A stretch of DNA of 64,000 bases, from assembly GCF_008831285.2 (NCBI RefSeq), contig NC_045138.2, positions 2,666,001-2,730,000 on the forward strand, given 5' to 3'. The stretch is from Nymphaea colorata. Lineage: Eukaryota. Of the stretch, positions 37,546 through 51,100 are shown one piece after another (position 1 is the first letter of the stretch; every line of letters begins with the position of its first letter). Under the pieces are notes generated by a model. It was not told where the DNA came from, did not search any database, and saw nothing but the letters and a program-made list of their open reading frames with translations. The translations under genes were made by a program, and so were the position numbers.

Positions 37546-38977
37546 CCGTGCCCGTTTTTCTCCCTAGCTCTTTGAACTCTTACCTGCCAAAACAACTAGT
37601 TCATCTTTTTTGCTTGATGTGTCATTCCTTTTTAAGCTTAAGAATTCTGCTGCCTTCTCCCTGTTGAATAATTGTTTGGGAATAAGAAAAAAACTCACAT
37701 TTTGTACCTGCTGTTCGTAACTCTGTTGTTTCTGCCTTTTTTACTCCATTTGGATCCTTGTTAATAGTATGGTGATGCTGGTTTGACTCATGAACTAAAA
37801 ATTTCATTGGTGAAACAAGAATGAGTATTTCTTAGTTTTTAACTTAAACTTTTAATATTCCAAGGCACCAAAAATGTCTATTATATATTTAAACTTATTA
37901 AAAGATAACGTTGGTTGGATGTTACGATGGACACACTAAAATGGAATGTCCCCGTTTAGCTGAGTTCTTTGAAGACCTGTATGTCTGCTCATTTGGCCAA
38001 CAAAGCCGTATCTTGGTATTAATGAAACGATTCTTTTGTCCTTCATGCTCTGTCTAGTTCGAGATTTCTTTAGTCCTTCAAAATACGAAAAAAAAAAGGG
38101 ACGGTTTTTCTGGTCCGTGGTGAGTGCACCACAGTTGCGCTCCTGTAGCTTTTCTTTGTTATGCCGAGAGTGAGCCTCGACTGTCAAGCCTGACAAGGAA
38201 ACACTTGATCCAAGGCGTTCAAATTGACACTTCGTTCGTAGTTCCCTCTTACCACCTCCTCATCACCTGTGGCGGTAAGTTTCTCAGATGATTTCACGTG
38301 TAAAAAAAGACCAGTACCGCACAATATCCATATCATGTGATCAAGGTTAGGGACTCAATCTGCTGAAACGATAGCAAAAATAAGCAAAAGGAGATTACCT
38401 TTTTTGCGAAAATGATGAATATGCAAATTTCAGATGTTCCAACTTGCTCATTTATTTAAATGTGATTCTTAGTTCAAGTGGGTAGGAGAAAAACGAACTT
38501 TGAGGTTGAGTTTTTGTTATTTTGGTCTATAAATTTTGCTGAGGAATGCAGATGAAACTGGTTAACAAGCTGAACGAGCGCTGGCCTTGTTCAAATTCAC
38601 TCATCAAGAATAAAGCCGGTGGTTCACATATTGTTCACACACACACATTTCATGAAAGTGAGTAAAACCAGTGTCAAGATGAAATTGAATCTTCAGGTTT
38701 AGTTTTTGTTTCTTCTTTCTAAGCGGCGCGGGCAGTGGGATTGATGCTCCTGTTCCCCTGAAGATTCACTGATCAGAGGAAAAGAGGTTGAAGAGTCACT
38801 TCCATGTAATCCACCATTGATAATTTCCCAAGCCACCCACAAGCATTTTGAGCCATTCTGTCCCTAGTCACAGGGGGCGGCCTTCAAGAATCTTATGCTA
38901 TACTCCCTGCTCTTACTGAAGAAGAATCCCCATTTCAGAAGAAGAATAATGACCACCTTCAATACTTGAGATTCTAA

Positions 38978-39126
38978 AGCTGTTTGGGAACAGTAACATT
39001 TCATGCATCTAACTCAAAAGTCGGTTAAGATTCATTGAACATTTTAAAAAGTGTTTTATGAATCTGCACCACCTTTTGGGATGGATGTTTGAAATAGTAA
39101 CACACTGTTGCTGTTCCCAAACAACC
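38978..39126. mobile_element. Tourist-like MITE
   Basis: Inverted ends GCTGTTTGGGAACAGTAACA / TGTTGCTGTTCCCAAACAACC. Confidence 0.7.
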
Positions 39127-39204
39127 ACAAAAGGACTTGATCCCATGGTGAGTACCTGACAGAAACGCAATTGCCTTTGTTTTTGAAATATATTTTAACA
39201 AAGT

Positions 39205-39255
39205 TTAAGAGGTCTGGCTTTCATCTCCGACCTAAATGAAAGCCAGACCTCTTAA
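39205..39255. repeat. Perfect 20-bp inverted repeat with an 11-nt loop
   Basis: TTAAGAGGTCTGGCTTTCAT (39205-39224) / ATGAAAGCCAGACCTCTTAA (39236-39255). Confidence 0.95.
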
Positions 39256-39394
39256 CACACACACTGCCCGCCTTTTTTCACACACATGTTCCGATGAATG
39301 GATCGGGGCATATCACGGGGCAATTAGTGGACGGAATCCCTACTATCATATATATATATATATATATATATACCAGATCATATTTGGGTAAGGA

Positions 39395-40450
39395 ATAAAA
39401 TCAGACCTCTTAAATGTGTATTAAGAAGTGTTTTAAAGAAAATGTAAACCTTCTAATGTGTTTACAAAAACAAATTCAACATAAATCATGATTTAGTTCA
39501 AGTCATTTTTGTTAAAATAATTGATCTTTCCACTATCAAGATTTTGATGTTATAATAACCAACAATTTTTTAATTATTAAAAAAAGGTTAGTTAAGTAAG
39601 AAAACAACTAACTTAATAATTAATTTGTAAAAAGTATGTCAACAGTTTTCTAAAACTACCAACATACACATGAAGAGAGAGGGAGAAAGAAGGTCCTACT
39701 TTGACTAATGACTAGTTTGTATGAACGGAACATTTGAATGACTTAAGATTTCTGAAGTTCGTTGGCTGTAAAACCTTATCAACGCATCCAAATGAGCTGA
39801 CCATCCAGGGAAGAATGAGAACCTTTTATGCCGCGTCTTTGGACTTTTGATGTTTCCCTTTAAAAGTTTGAATATCTTAAAAGAGTGCAATTACACATGT
39901 TTTGTACAGTTTCATTCATTGCATCTGATTCAGATGCCAACTAAACACGGAGTGGTTCTGCTGGCAATGCCGGCGACCCACTTACCCAGCAATTACAAGC
40001 CAGTGGTGGAAGCGAAAATTTAAACCGAGTGTGGCACATATATGTAAATTTCTATTTTGAAAGTTAAAAGGAAATACATTATGCTGAGAAATTGGTAAAT
40101 ACTAGACCACTTAGATAAGAGACAAATGTCAGACCTATTAAAAAGTTTTTTTTTTTTTTACAATATAATTTTATGAATATGAACTTAAGAGTGATTTGAT
40201 GAGAAACACGTATTAAGTTAGTCATTTTTAAACATGAATCACAATTCTTAATACTAAAAAAGTAACGGCTCTTATAACATCAAAATTTTTGCAGTATAAA
40301 AATCAATGTTTTTTTTTTTTTTTTACAAAAAATAACTTGAATTAATACATGATTTACATTGCATAACTGTTTATGGACATGTTAGGATGTTCATATTTTG
40401 TTTACAATATCTTTTAATACAAAAATAAGAGGTCTAGCTTTTGTCTCTAA
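39395..40450. mobile_element. Two diverged ~320-bp AT-rich MITE copies in opposite orientation (~39395-39705 and ~40117-40450)
   Basis: TCAGACCTCTTA..ATCATGATTTAGTTCAAGTCATTTTTGT..GATTTTGATGTTATAA in the first copy is mirrored by TTATAACATCAAAA..ACAAAAATAACTTGAATTAATACATGAT..TAAGAGGTCTAG in the second. Confidence 0.6.
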
Positions 40451-43400
40451 CTCCAGTAGGCTGCCACAATTACTCATATTTTGTTCTTCATGTGTTTTTC
40501 ACATATCATACTTGCATTTGGCTGCAAAGCTGCAAATCAGAACTACACCAGCTTTGAATCCAAAACTTGCTTTAGTTTCTGTTTGGTAAAATCCTATTAG
40601 TAATTGTGCCTTTATTTCTTCACCAAATTTGACTAAGTGGATCGAAATGTATTTATATTGATGGCCGAATAGATTTATTCCATAGACAAATACAGCTAGG
40701 TGTGCCCAACCATGAGGTCATGTTTCGTTATATTTCCAAGATATATATATATATATATATATATTTCTGTGATTATATACCGGGATTGACATTTTCATCT
40801 TTCTGACAAGTCACATGGCCGGAGAAGAAATTTCAGGCCATGGCCGTTGGCCTTGAAGTTGACAACCGCAAGAAAGACAGCTGGTATGTATCTCTCATTG
40901 TCATTGAGCTGAAAGAAGAACGACCTTTTTTGTCCAATGAATTGTTGGCCTGAAAATGGATCGGATTTTGGGACCCAGATCCATATCAGGTCAGCTTGCA
41001 CTCGATACCAAAACGTTAAAACTCTCAATACCAGATCCCACATATTGAGGGGTCAAAACTATAGTTTCAAAATTTTAAAGAGATGGAAATGAAAATTTTT
41101 TAAATTTATATATATTTTAAACTAATTTTTTTATATTTACATATATAAACTTTTAAAGTTTTTAAAATCTGAGGAAGGGGCAAGACCCCTGCCGGCTACT
41201 AATTGAAAATAAAGGACAGGTAAAAGGTTGAAATTGAAACCATCAAGTTAAAGAAGCAAGTCAATATTCATGATATATTTCTATTTGTTTAGGTGATCAG
41301 AAGGATATGTTGGTACCAGGTGGTGCGATCTTCACGTACTTCAACTTGTATGTACTTTAATTTGTATGTACGAACCTCCTCACTTCTATGGTATTTTATG
41401 ATATAGGAGCATGGCCCCTAAGGTGACATCTTCATTAATTTGTGTATTTTATAAGTTTGCCTAACCTTGCTAGCTCATTAAAAAAGAAAAAAGGGTTGGC
41501 GAGACATTGTTGTCTTCACAGAAAAGGTCAATTGGTTCATTTTCTTCTCAAAGTGCCGCGTGAACATTCTTTGACTAGAAACCAAATTTCATTGCATGGT
41601 TGAACAAGTTCGTCTAAGTTCAGCCATGCAGCAAGGGAGTGTGGGAGTACTCTACTCTGAAGCTCACTTTCCTCTCCTTACTCTTAATAAAAGAGAGAAC
41701 ACTCAAGAACTCCACCTTAACTCGACTCTGTGACTCCTATAGAACATGGCTTTGTTTCACATGAGAGAGATGAGTCAGGTATCCGGCCCTGGAGTAGAGT
41801 CAAGTTCATCAATTCACTTGCCCCTCCCATCTCCTAATTGTGTTTCATGAGAGTGACTACATAAGAAAGCTCGATCTCGGCCCGAGATTGAGACTGGTCT
41901 ACTACCTGACATATATTGGGGGCCATGGACTAGACACGACACAACTTTAGACCTTGGGAGGAAGGGTAAAAGAGCTTCGGCTCTCATTTGGGCAGTAGGA
42001 TACTACAACTACATACCTAAAGAAAACTCAATCTCAAGAAAAGGAAGCTTTCTTTTGGTGCGACTTTTTAATAATTGAAAACAGCTAATTAAACTTATGA
42101 TCGTCGGCAGAGCTCGCTTGACTTGGTTTGATTTGGTCAAGTTTACTCCCCACCAAATGGTATATTCAATTATTATTACCACTCACCCAATTCATTTTCA
42201 ATAATAAGGTTCGGTAAAGTTAGAAGTCCATAATGAAATAAAACTTTTTTAAAAACAAGCTTGATGTGAACACATACTTAAACCAGCTTTCAGGGGAGAA
42301 GATTTTTCAAAGAGATCGAAGCAGTTACTCCTTTTTAATTCAAGAGTTCTGTTTACTACCATTTGCAATTCAAAAGAATAGCACTTACGAGAATCGAACT
42401 GATGACTTGACTTTCACCAGTTCATCAACTCGATTAACTATGCTAGGACCCTTGGGGCACCTAAACAACTTCCAAGAAATAACATAAAACTCTCACTGGG
42501 ACCCCACATTATAGGTCTATAACTTTTAGTTAAAACAAGAGATCCTGCACTTTGATCGACGTCATTCCATTTGGTCTTAAGAAGAGACAAGAAAATAATA
42601 AAAAAAGAAAAGGGTTCTTGCTTGAGTTTCTGCTTGGCAGCAAGATGGTAGCTGTCTTCCTCGTCTTCCATGAAGCTGGTGGACCCTCTGAATCTTAAAA
42701 ACTGGTTTTCTTTCTTCTCAAACGAAGCATGCATGGATGCTTCCTTTTCTTCGTGGCGCTGACGCCTACAGACTTTATCTTTTATCTTGGGAGTACAGTG
42801 TGCATCTGTAATGGATCAAATTCTAAGTGCACAAAATTCAAACGCCGAGAGATCCTCTGATCAGTATCCTGAAGACAGCTATCATTGCACCATGACCTTG
42901 TTAACGAGACGAAGCTTCAAAGAAATGACATTGATACGTTCTACCATTATTAATGACAAAGTAACAATCTAGGGTAACTGTAACACCGAATGGCTCCGGA
43001 GTTAGGTGTGGGTATCTATGTCACATGGACTCTTCAAAATAGAGGTCGCACTCGTGTCGACACAATGCTGATGCTGTTCTGACACGCACTCCACCCGTGT
43101 CCTTTCTTATGCAAGTTCAATTTTTTTTATTTTTTTCTTTTTATGTCTCTTTCTTTCTTTATGTATGGTAATAAAAGTAAAAAGAAATGATAGATTGAGC
43201 TAAAAAACAAGCTAAAATTATATATATTACAAATACATACATTTATATATATGAAATAAATATATTATATATATACACCATCACCACACCCTCGCAAAAA
43301 TTTCATTCAAGGGTAGGCATGTATTGGCCATATGGGGGTTGCCTCTCAACCAGAGGTTAAGTTAGACTTTAATTTTTTTTTATGGGATACTAAATATATG

Positions 43401-45699
43401 GTTAACAAATTTTCAATTGGTTTTGAAGAGTGTGGCCTATATAACAAAACCTAGATCCACCCAAATCCAATTACTGGAAACAATGTTTTAAAACACCATT
43501 AATACAGCTGATCACTTTTCATTAGTACATCATGAATAATGCGACAAGCCTAACAAAGGCATGATATATGTGGTTCTTTGGTCTAGCATGTGTTTCAAAA
43601 TTCTAGTAGAGATGGATCATATAAAATACTCAAAAAAATATTTTGCGAAGCAATAGTATCGTATAATCGACCGCGTGCATACTATTTCTCAAAGCAATAT
43701 TACTGTATAATCGGCCGCGTGGGTACTTCCCGTGACATTTGGCCGACTTTTTCTCGAAGAGACAATGTTTTTCCAATCAAATGAGTCCTTAGAGTACCAA
43801 AACTATATACTTGTCTCCACTATGTGCTAATTGGAGTGCCTTTTTCAGTTGGCAAACAAGGCCATGCTACATGTGGGGGCAATGGACCCTCTCCCTACTT
43901 GGCCAAATCTTTTGTAGATAACCTCTTGTCTCATTTCCCCTTTTCACAGTACAAAGTAAAACGTTACACATGTGGGCCTTGATTAAATTTCTGGCTCGGC
44001 CACTGAGTGATCTTTTGGAAGAGAATAAGCAATGGGCTGCATTTTGAACGCGCTTTGGTTGAAAGACGAATCCCATGCAAACAGGTGGCCATGTTTGATC
44101 CACATGCAGTTGGAGTTAGGAGTAGACAAAACAACTTCTTGTTGTATTGTGCATGTGATAGACCTCCATAATTCAGTCAAAGGAATAATGATCAGTTTTT
44201 CAATGTGAAAAATGAATGGGCTTTTGCAAGAGCCATCTTATCATCATTGGTTGTTTTTCCATGCATGAAACATCATGCAAGCTCAACATTCCTTTGGCTT
44301 TTTTATCGTTCTTTTGTTTTTTCCGACTTACAGGTGGATGACTGCATTGTCGACATTGAACAGTGCTGATGTGTATCGAACCCATATCAGCCTAAACTAT
44401 ATATATATATATATATATCATAGCTACTATGGACTGGCGTGGGCCACTACCCATGCCAGCCCCTGAAAACTTATATTATGATTAAGGTAGATCTAGGTGC
44501 AGCTAGGTCCAGCTGTACGCTTGTGCCCACATCAGACCTGAGTCAATGCCATGCAACCACTCATTCTCTTAAGCGAGAGATGGGTTAGTGTCCCTCATTC
44601 AAAATTTTCTAGCTCCGCCTGTGTGCGTGTTCTGTCAATACATATATAGTATAGGCCAATTGAGCTCCATAATAGTTATTATTTGTATGAAATAATAATG
44701 AAAATTATTTCGTTTTTTTAACTTTAAGAACAAATTAAACAGGTCAATATGTGCTGGCAACATTAGTGCAGGTAGATTTTCACTTGAGCTGTCTAGTTTG
44801 TTTTTGTAATTAATTTTATAGACCAAAGAGTTGTTTTTCCTTCGTTGAAATGACATAAGCATTTACTTTAAGGGAAACGGAATGACAATCAAGTAAATTT
44901 TGATCGGCATAAACCTGCTTTTCCCAAGACCGGCAAATGGTAGTGTTAGCTATTGCCTATCTAAATAATAAAAGAACTAAATTACGCACAACAACCTAAA
45001 TTTTGAGAAATAATAAATTGATGCTTAATTTTTGAGGACCACCAAATAGGTGCTTAATTTTTTAAAGAATTTTTCAAAGGGTCACCTCTGGATGGGAAAA
45101 CTTGAAGTGGATGAGTAATTTATAAAATTACGCCTCCTAAACAAAGTTGTCATTTTATTATTTTATTTTCTAGAAACAATTTTCATTATAAAGGTAGTTT
45201 TGTAAACTGATACTCTACTCTAACTTCTTTGAGAAATTGTCATTACAAAGGTAGTTTTATTTACTTTCTTTTGGGGTTCAAATATTCTAATCACATTTTG
45301 TTAAATAGCTTTTCTATAAAAAAATATGTTTCTTATTGTACATTGAATTTCTTTGTGCCTTAAGTGGCAAACCAACATGAGAAAATTTCTCAAAGAAGTT
45401 AGAGTAGAATACCAATTTACAAAGATTACCCTTATATTTCCATAATTTCAATCAACATTACTATATATATATATATATATATATATTCCTATCCCTCAAC
45501 CGTCTGAGCTGATTAAACTTTTGTGTCTTTCAAATAACTTCGTATATGTATGAAGCATAAACATGAGCCAAAGGAAGAATAGTTGAGACAAACAAAAAAT
45601 AAAAAAGAAGGAATATATTTCTTTGCCGATCCACAAGGGTCGGGATCTAAGTTAGAGATATCTCGATGAATAACTATTACACTATGAATGTCATGAATG

Positions 45700-45752
<53 letters not shown>

Positions 45753-46290
45753 AGAGAGAGAGGGATAAAAGAACAATCACGTGAACCCCGTTTTCATTCA
45801 CGTTTTGGCACATCCAATAATTGCAACCGGTCTTCGATTCCAACTTGGACTAAAATTTCTGAAATTGAGTTGCATCCAAAGCATAATATCTCTATCAATA
45901 TTCCTATTAGAATAGGCCGAAAGGTCAATTTGAATCAAATCGGTGGCAAACCAATTCAAACCGATTCAAGTGTGTCACATGTTAATTTTTAATTTTTGTA
46001 AAAATAGCTTAAGAATCTTCTACTTTTTATTGTTTTCAATTAAACATTTTAAGCTGATTCGTATCTGATTCAGCCGAATTTGGATTATAACGAGATAATC
46101 CTTGTCAAAGGATGGAGCGGGGACTCGCAGAGCCCGTCTCTGTCCTTTGTGTTGGAAAAGGAAGGGCACTAATATGCATGTTGACATACAACGGAAAATC
46201 AACTCAAGACACCAAGAGCAGTGGCGGAGCAAAAAAAAATTGGTTGGAGGGGTGCTCGTAAAAATACTCATATTTGGTAGGTCACTTGTG

Positions 46291-46323
<33 letters not shown>

Positions 46324-49300
46324 AGAAGAATAAATGTTTAAAGATGCCCATTCAAAAATAAAGAATTTTGAAGAAGCAGTTGCCCACACCAGTCAGCATG
46401 GTCCGCCACTGACCTAAAGCAGCTCTACATGTATAGATGGGGGTGCATTGTGGGGAGAAGAGAGGTTTTAGCTTTCACTCGAACGGTGGGATTGCCCACC
46501 AAAGAGGAATGTCATAAATGGTAAAGGAACAATCACGTGAACCTCGCTTTGATTCACTTCCGCGTATTCGATAGTTGGAACCAATCTTTGTTTTCTACTT
46601 GGACTAAAATTTCCACAAGGATTCCAATGCATTAGATCCTTGTCAAATCATAGGCTTAACTCACCTATTATACATGATATTGCTCTTCCCAAGCTTGGCT
46701 TGAGCTGAGGTCACTCTGCAAGGTTAGCTCGAGCTCGACTCAATATATTGCAGGTATGAAGCTCGAGTTGAATTCGTTAAGGCGGATGAGCACGACAATA
46801 CTTCAGCCAGATTCAAGTTAGATAGCAAGCTAATAGGGGGCCAAACCGGACCTATGAGTTGAATTGGCTCAGCTCATTGAACAACCCTAGCTTTACATTA
46901 ATCCGCTCGAGGTTAGTCTGCATGGACTTAATTTGTTTACAAACTCGAGTTTTAATTTAAGCTCGAGCGCAACTGTTTAACAAAGGAGACAAACTTGAGT
47001 CAAGCTTAACTGAGCAAGTTCGAGTCGAGCCTTGAGTTAGGCTCGTTGCCTAAACTAACAAGTCAAAAACCCATTAGGGATTTCCAGCCCACCGTGTTCT
47101 ATCATGAAATGAAATATGGGTGCAGAATTCTTGAGTTCCATGAGAATGTATTTGGATTTTAACACTCCGACAAGGCGACATGGAACGTCCAAACGTGTCG
47201 TCCATCGGTCCGCACGTTTTATGATGGCCTTGAGGACAAAAAATGAGATAGAGAGTATCTTGAAAACTTTGTCGCAAACATTAGATAGCTTTGATGATTG
47301 AATCAAGTGATTAAAATTCCAGCCGCCCATGTCCACCACATGAACAACGATGCTATGGAACTGATCGCATGCTTAATCGATAAACTCAAAGAAAAACGGA
47401 AAAGTTTAATGCTTTACCATTTTTGAATCTTTCTGCCGATGATTGAAAGAGAAAAGGAAAAGTTTTTTTTAAAGAACATATACAAATAAATATTTTGATT
47501 TTTAGCTAGATATATTGCGCCAATGCTTTAACATATATATTTCACAAAAACCTCTCGGTGGACCAAATTGTAAAATATAAACATTTGATACATACTGGAA
47601 ACCAGAATTGAAATCTTAATACAATCATAACCCTACCTCCCCACATTAATTTTCTTGGTTGGTTGCTCCCTTAATGTATATTGTTATACAAAAATTTCTT
47701 GTTAAGGAATACTAGTAATAAAAAGAGACAATAACATGTAAATGAAAAATTTTGCTATAAAGTGTCGATATAAAAATAAGTATTTTTTGTGGCTCTGTAT
47801 TGGCAATTGCCCACACGTGACTTTATGTTTTTAGGTCGTGTAGAGAGGCATGCATGTGGCTGTCTTCTTCTTTATGTCAGTGCGACTCTTGGCAGGGGCG
47901 TGTCACGTAAGGATTTGGGAAATGAATAACTTTCTCGAGTTTCCCAGCACTAAAAGAGGGAGGAAAGTGAAAAACTTGTGGAAAAGGTCAGCTTTAGGCA
48001 ATTTATTGTTTTTTTTTTATAGCTACGTAATTTTTTGTTTTGATCGAAAAAATTGGTGAAACTATGTTAGGGTAATGGACATCTTGCTTTTACTTTTGGG
48101 CCCACGTATTTATGGCCAATTTTACTTTTCCTCCCTCATATCAAACTGGGCCATCAAACAGTTCCAAAAGAATAAAGTTACAAAAACGTGTCCTTTTTCA
48201 GGTGTGGAACAGCAAAAGAGTGAAACAAATGTAAAGGAGGGTTACAATCTAGAGGCACCACAAATTGGAGAATCGAGGAATATTGTTTTCAAAAAAGTTT
48301 GTTTTCGAAGATCATCGAAACTAAAGACATTTGAGAACACTAAAACAAGAAACACAATTTTAATGCGGACGTAGAATAGCTGGTCAGCCCGAGAGGCTAC
48401 AAACAACGCCCCCTCAGTTTGATTTTTGTGGGCGGTATTCTCGTGAACCACAAATAATGTTATGTACGACACTTGAGTCGAAGAGGAAAGGGAGTGGCGT
48501 CACCTTTCATATACTACAGGCGTGTTTTTTTTTTTATAACCACAATTATAAACATGTGATTTTCTTTTTTACTTTCTTTTATTGAGAGGAAACAGAAGAG
48601 GGTCTAATCCTAAATTCCAAGGATCTTAAATTTGAAGATTTATAATCAAATTAATTGAATCAGAGGTAATCAAAGTCCCCTTAGAAAAGTTGTAATAATA
48701 TACCTTTATGTTCAACTACCTTAGGTTTTGTATGTCAAGTGATTAGAAGGAAACTATCTCCGTTAAGTTTTAAATCTAAGAACAGAATGAGAAATGCCCA
48801 TAAGATGAGGGCGCGTTTGTCAGTAGCTATAAAGTAAGGACGCGTTTTGTCAATAGGAGAATAGATAAGGACGCATTTAGAGACAAGAGAAAAGGCACAT
48901 TTTTGAAATATGTGCGCCAGTGGTATCAATTGCGAGCTGCCGAGAAAAACTAAATCCATTATACATCACCCTTTTTACTGTACCTCATTTTAGTTCTCAT
49001 AAAATAATCCCGATAGATTAACTTTTGTTTAAAACAAATTGATTGATGTATTTATCTTATAATACCTACGTAACAAGAAATATATATTACATTTTCTTGT
49101 TTCGTACTCATCAATTAGGGTGTTGTGATCACACTTTTACGGTACAAAGAAATACCGTTCATGAGAATTGAACTGACGATGCGCCTTCTATGCGCCCACC
49201 CACCTGACCAGCTATGCTTTGCTTTTTGAGGCTCTATGTTCATCCTTTAACTTAAAAACTCAAACTTAGATCTTTGTTTTACCTTTTTATATTATAAGCT

Positions 49301-50700
49301 CATTTGTTTCAAGATCATATGGAGGGAATTTGAGCTTATATTCATCATTTTCAAACTCTCAAGTTTTAATGTCAAACTAAATCAGAAGCTATCAAACAAT
49401 GGCAGAGCTAGAAACATCTAAATGAGGGATATTAATACCTTAAATTGTAACTTTTAGTAGGTATTTAGTAACAAGAACAACTTGTAACTCTACAAATGTG
49501 TCCAAAATTTGAGGCAAATGCATGAAACAATTTACAAGCTTTTCATTTCGCTAAAAGGACCCTTAAGGTGGTGCCAGGAATTTAAGCTGGAGGGACACTA
49601 ATTGAATAACTTTAATTTTTTTTAGATGCACATATACATATAAACAATGAAATATTTAAAAACAATAAATTAAAATAAAATATATTTTGTGTGCCTAGTG
49701 TGGGCAGTTGCCCATGTACCAGCCCCCATATAGCTCTGCTACTGATGTAAATAAGTAATGAGGTATTAAGTATAGTTACAAATAATGTCTCGGAGTTTCA
49801 AATGACGAGGTTTTTATCGAGTATAATACGGCGAGTTTGAAAAAAATGAGAAAAAAAATGAAAGATGCGGTAATTTAAAAAAATAAAAAAAATAAAAAAA
49901 GTGAAAAACTAATAACACAAACTTCAAAAGATAAGTAGATTTTCAACAAATAAAAAATAAAAAATTTAAAAAAATGTTTGGCATTAAAAAAACTGAAAAA
50001 AAATGAAAAAAGTGGTACATGTGCCTATGCCAATAAATAAAATGCTCCCTTAAAGGTCCTTTCATAATAAGGACATTGAATTATTGGTACAAATGTGCTT
50101 TAAGAATATCATGTTGTTTTGGAAAACATGAAAACATTATGTTTTCTGTTTGATTATTATATATTCATAAAGTATGTAGAATCACATCATGTTTATTGAA
50201 ACAAAAAAAACAAGGCGCTCCTGATCATCTATTCTATGAACCCTATAATCACATTATGTTACATAAACACCTTGAATTTGAACCACACATATGTTTGGAA
50301 GGTGCAGGGATGTCAATGACTTGGTACTGTTGATCTAATAAAAATTCATATCTGAATGCTAATTGCATTCATATTTAATATTAAACTGAATCGACTAAAT
50401 TAGATAGTTCAGTCCGATCACATGCAAATTTCAAGTCTAAGAGCTCTTGAAATACGAGCTGAGTCTACGCGCAAGTCTAAGTCAAACTCTAAAAAATATG
50501 CCCAAAGTCAAATATGGTAAGCAACAATGGGTACAAGTTTTAACTAATTACCACCTTAAAAAAGAATCTTTGACTCAATGGTACACATGGTGACTAAGGT
50601 GGTGCAGTGGCAAATCAGAAAATTGGTTGGAGGTCACTTGTTGAAAAATACTCATATTTAGTATATTTAGTGAGGCGCCCACACACACATATATATAATT

Positions 50701-51067
50701 TATAGTCACAGAAAACGCGTTTTTTTTCAAAAAAAATCTGAAAAAAATGCGATAAGTTAAATGACCGTTTAAAACTTTAAGAAACGTTTAAAAACGAAAA
50801 AAACAAGTTAAAAATGTGTGTTTTTTTTTTACTCTTTTTTCATGTTTTTCAGTTTCTTTAATGCCAAACAGTTTTTATTTTTATTTTTATTTTTATTTGT
50901 TACAAATCTACTTATTGTTTGATATTTGTGTTATTAGTTTCTCACTTATTTTATTTTTCTTTCATTTTTAGTTTTTTCAAATGTTTAAAAATTTCTGTTA
51001 TTTTTCTCTTTTTTTTCAAGCTTGCCACATTATATCCGAGAAAAACCTCACCGTTTTTATTTGTAAC

Positions 51068-51071
<4 letters not shown>
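50701..51071. mobile_element. A/T-rich non-autonomous DNA transposon; inverted partial copy at ~49771-50012
   Basis: Ends TATAGTCACA / TGTAACTATA. 50830-51071 is the reverse complement of 49771-50012 (e.g. ATGCCAAACA / TGTTTGGCAT, TTTGTGTTATTAGTTT / AAACTAATAACACAAA). Confidence 0.65.

Positions 51072-51100
<29 letters not shown>

Noticed and set aside
46121..46135. 15-bp match GGACTCGCAGAGCCC shared with ~63065 in the CAND1-like ORF
   Set aside because: The similarity does not extend on either side, so it is treated as coincidence.
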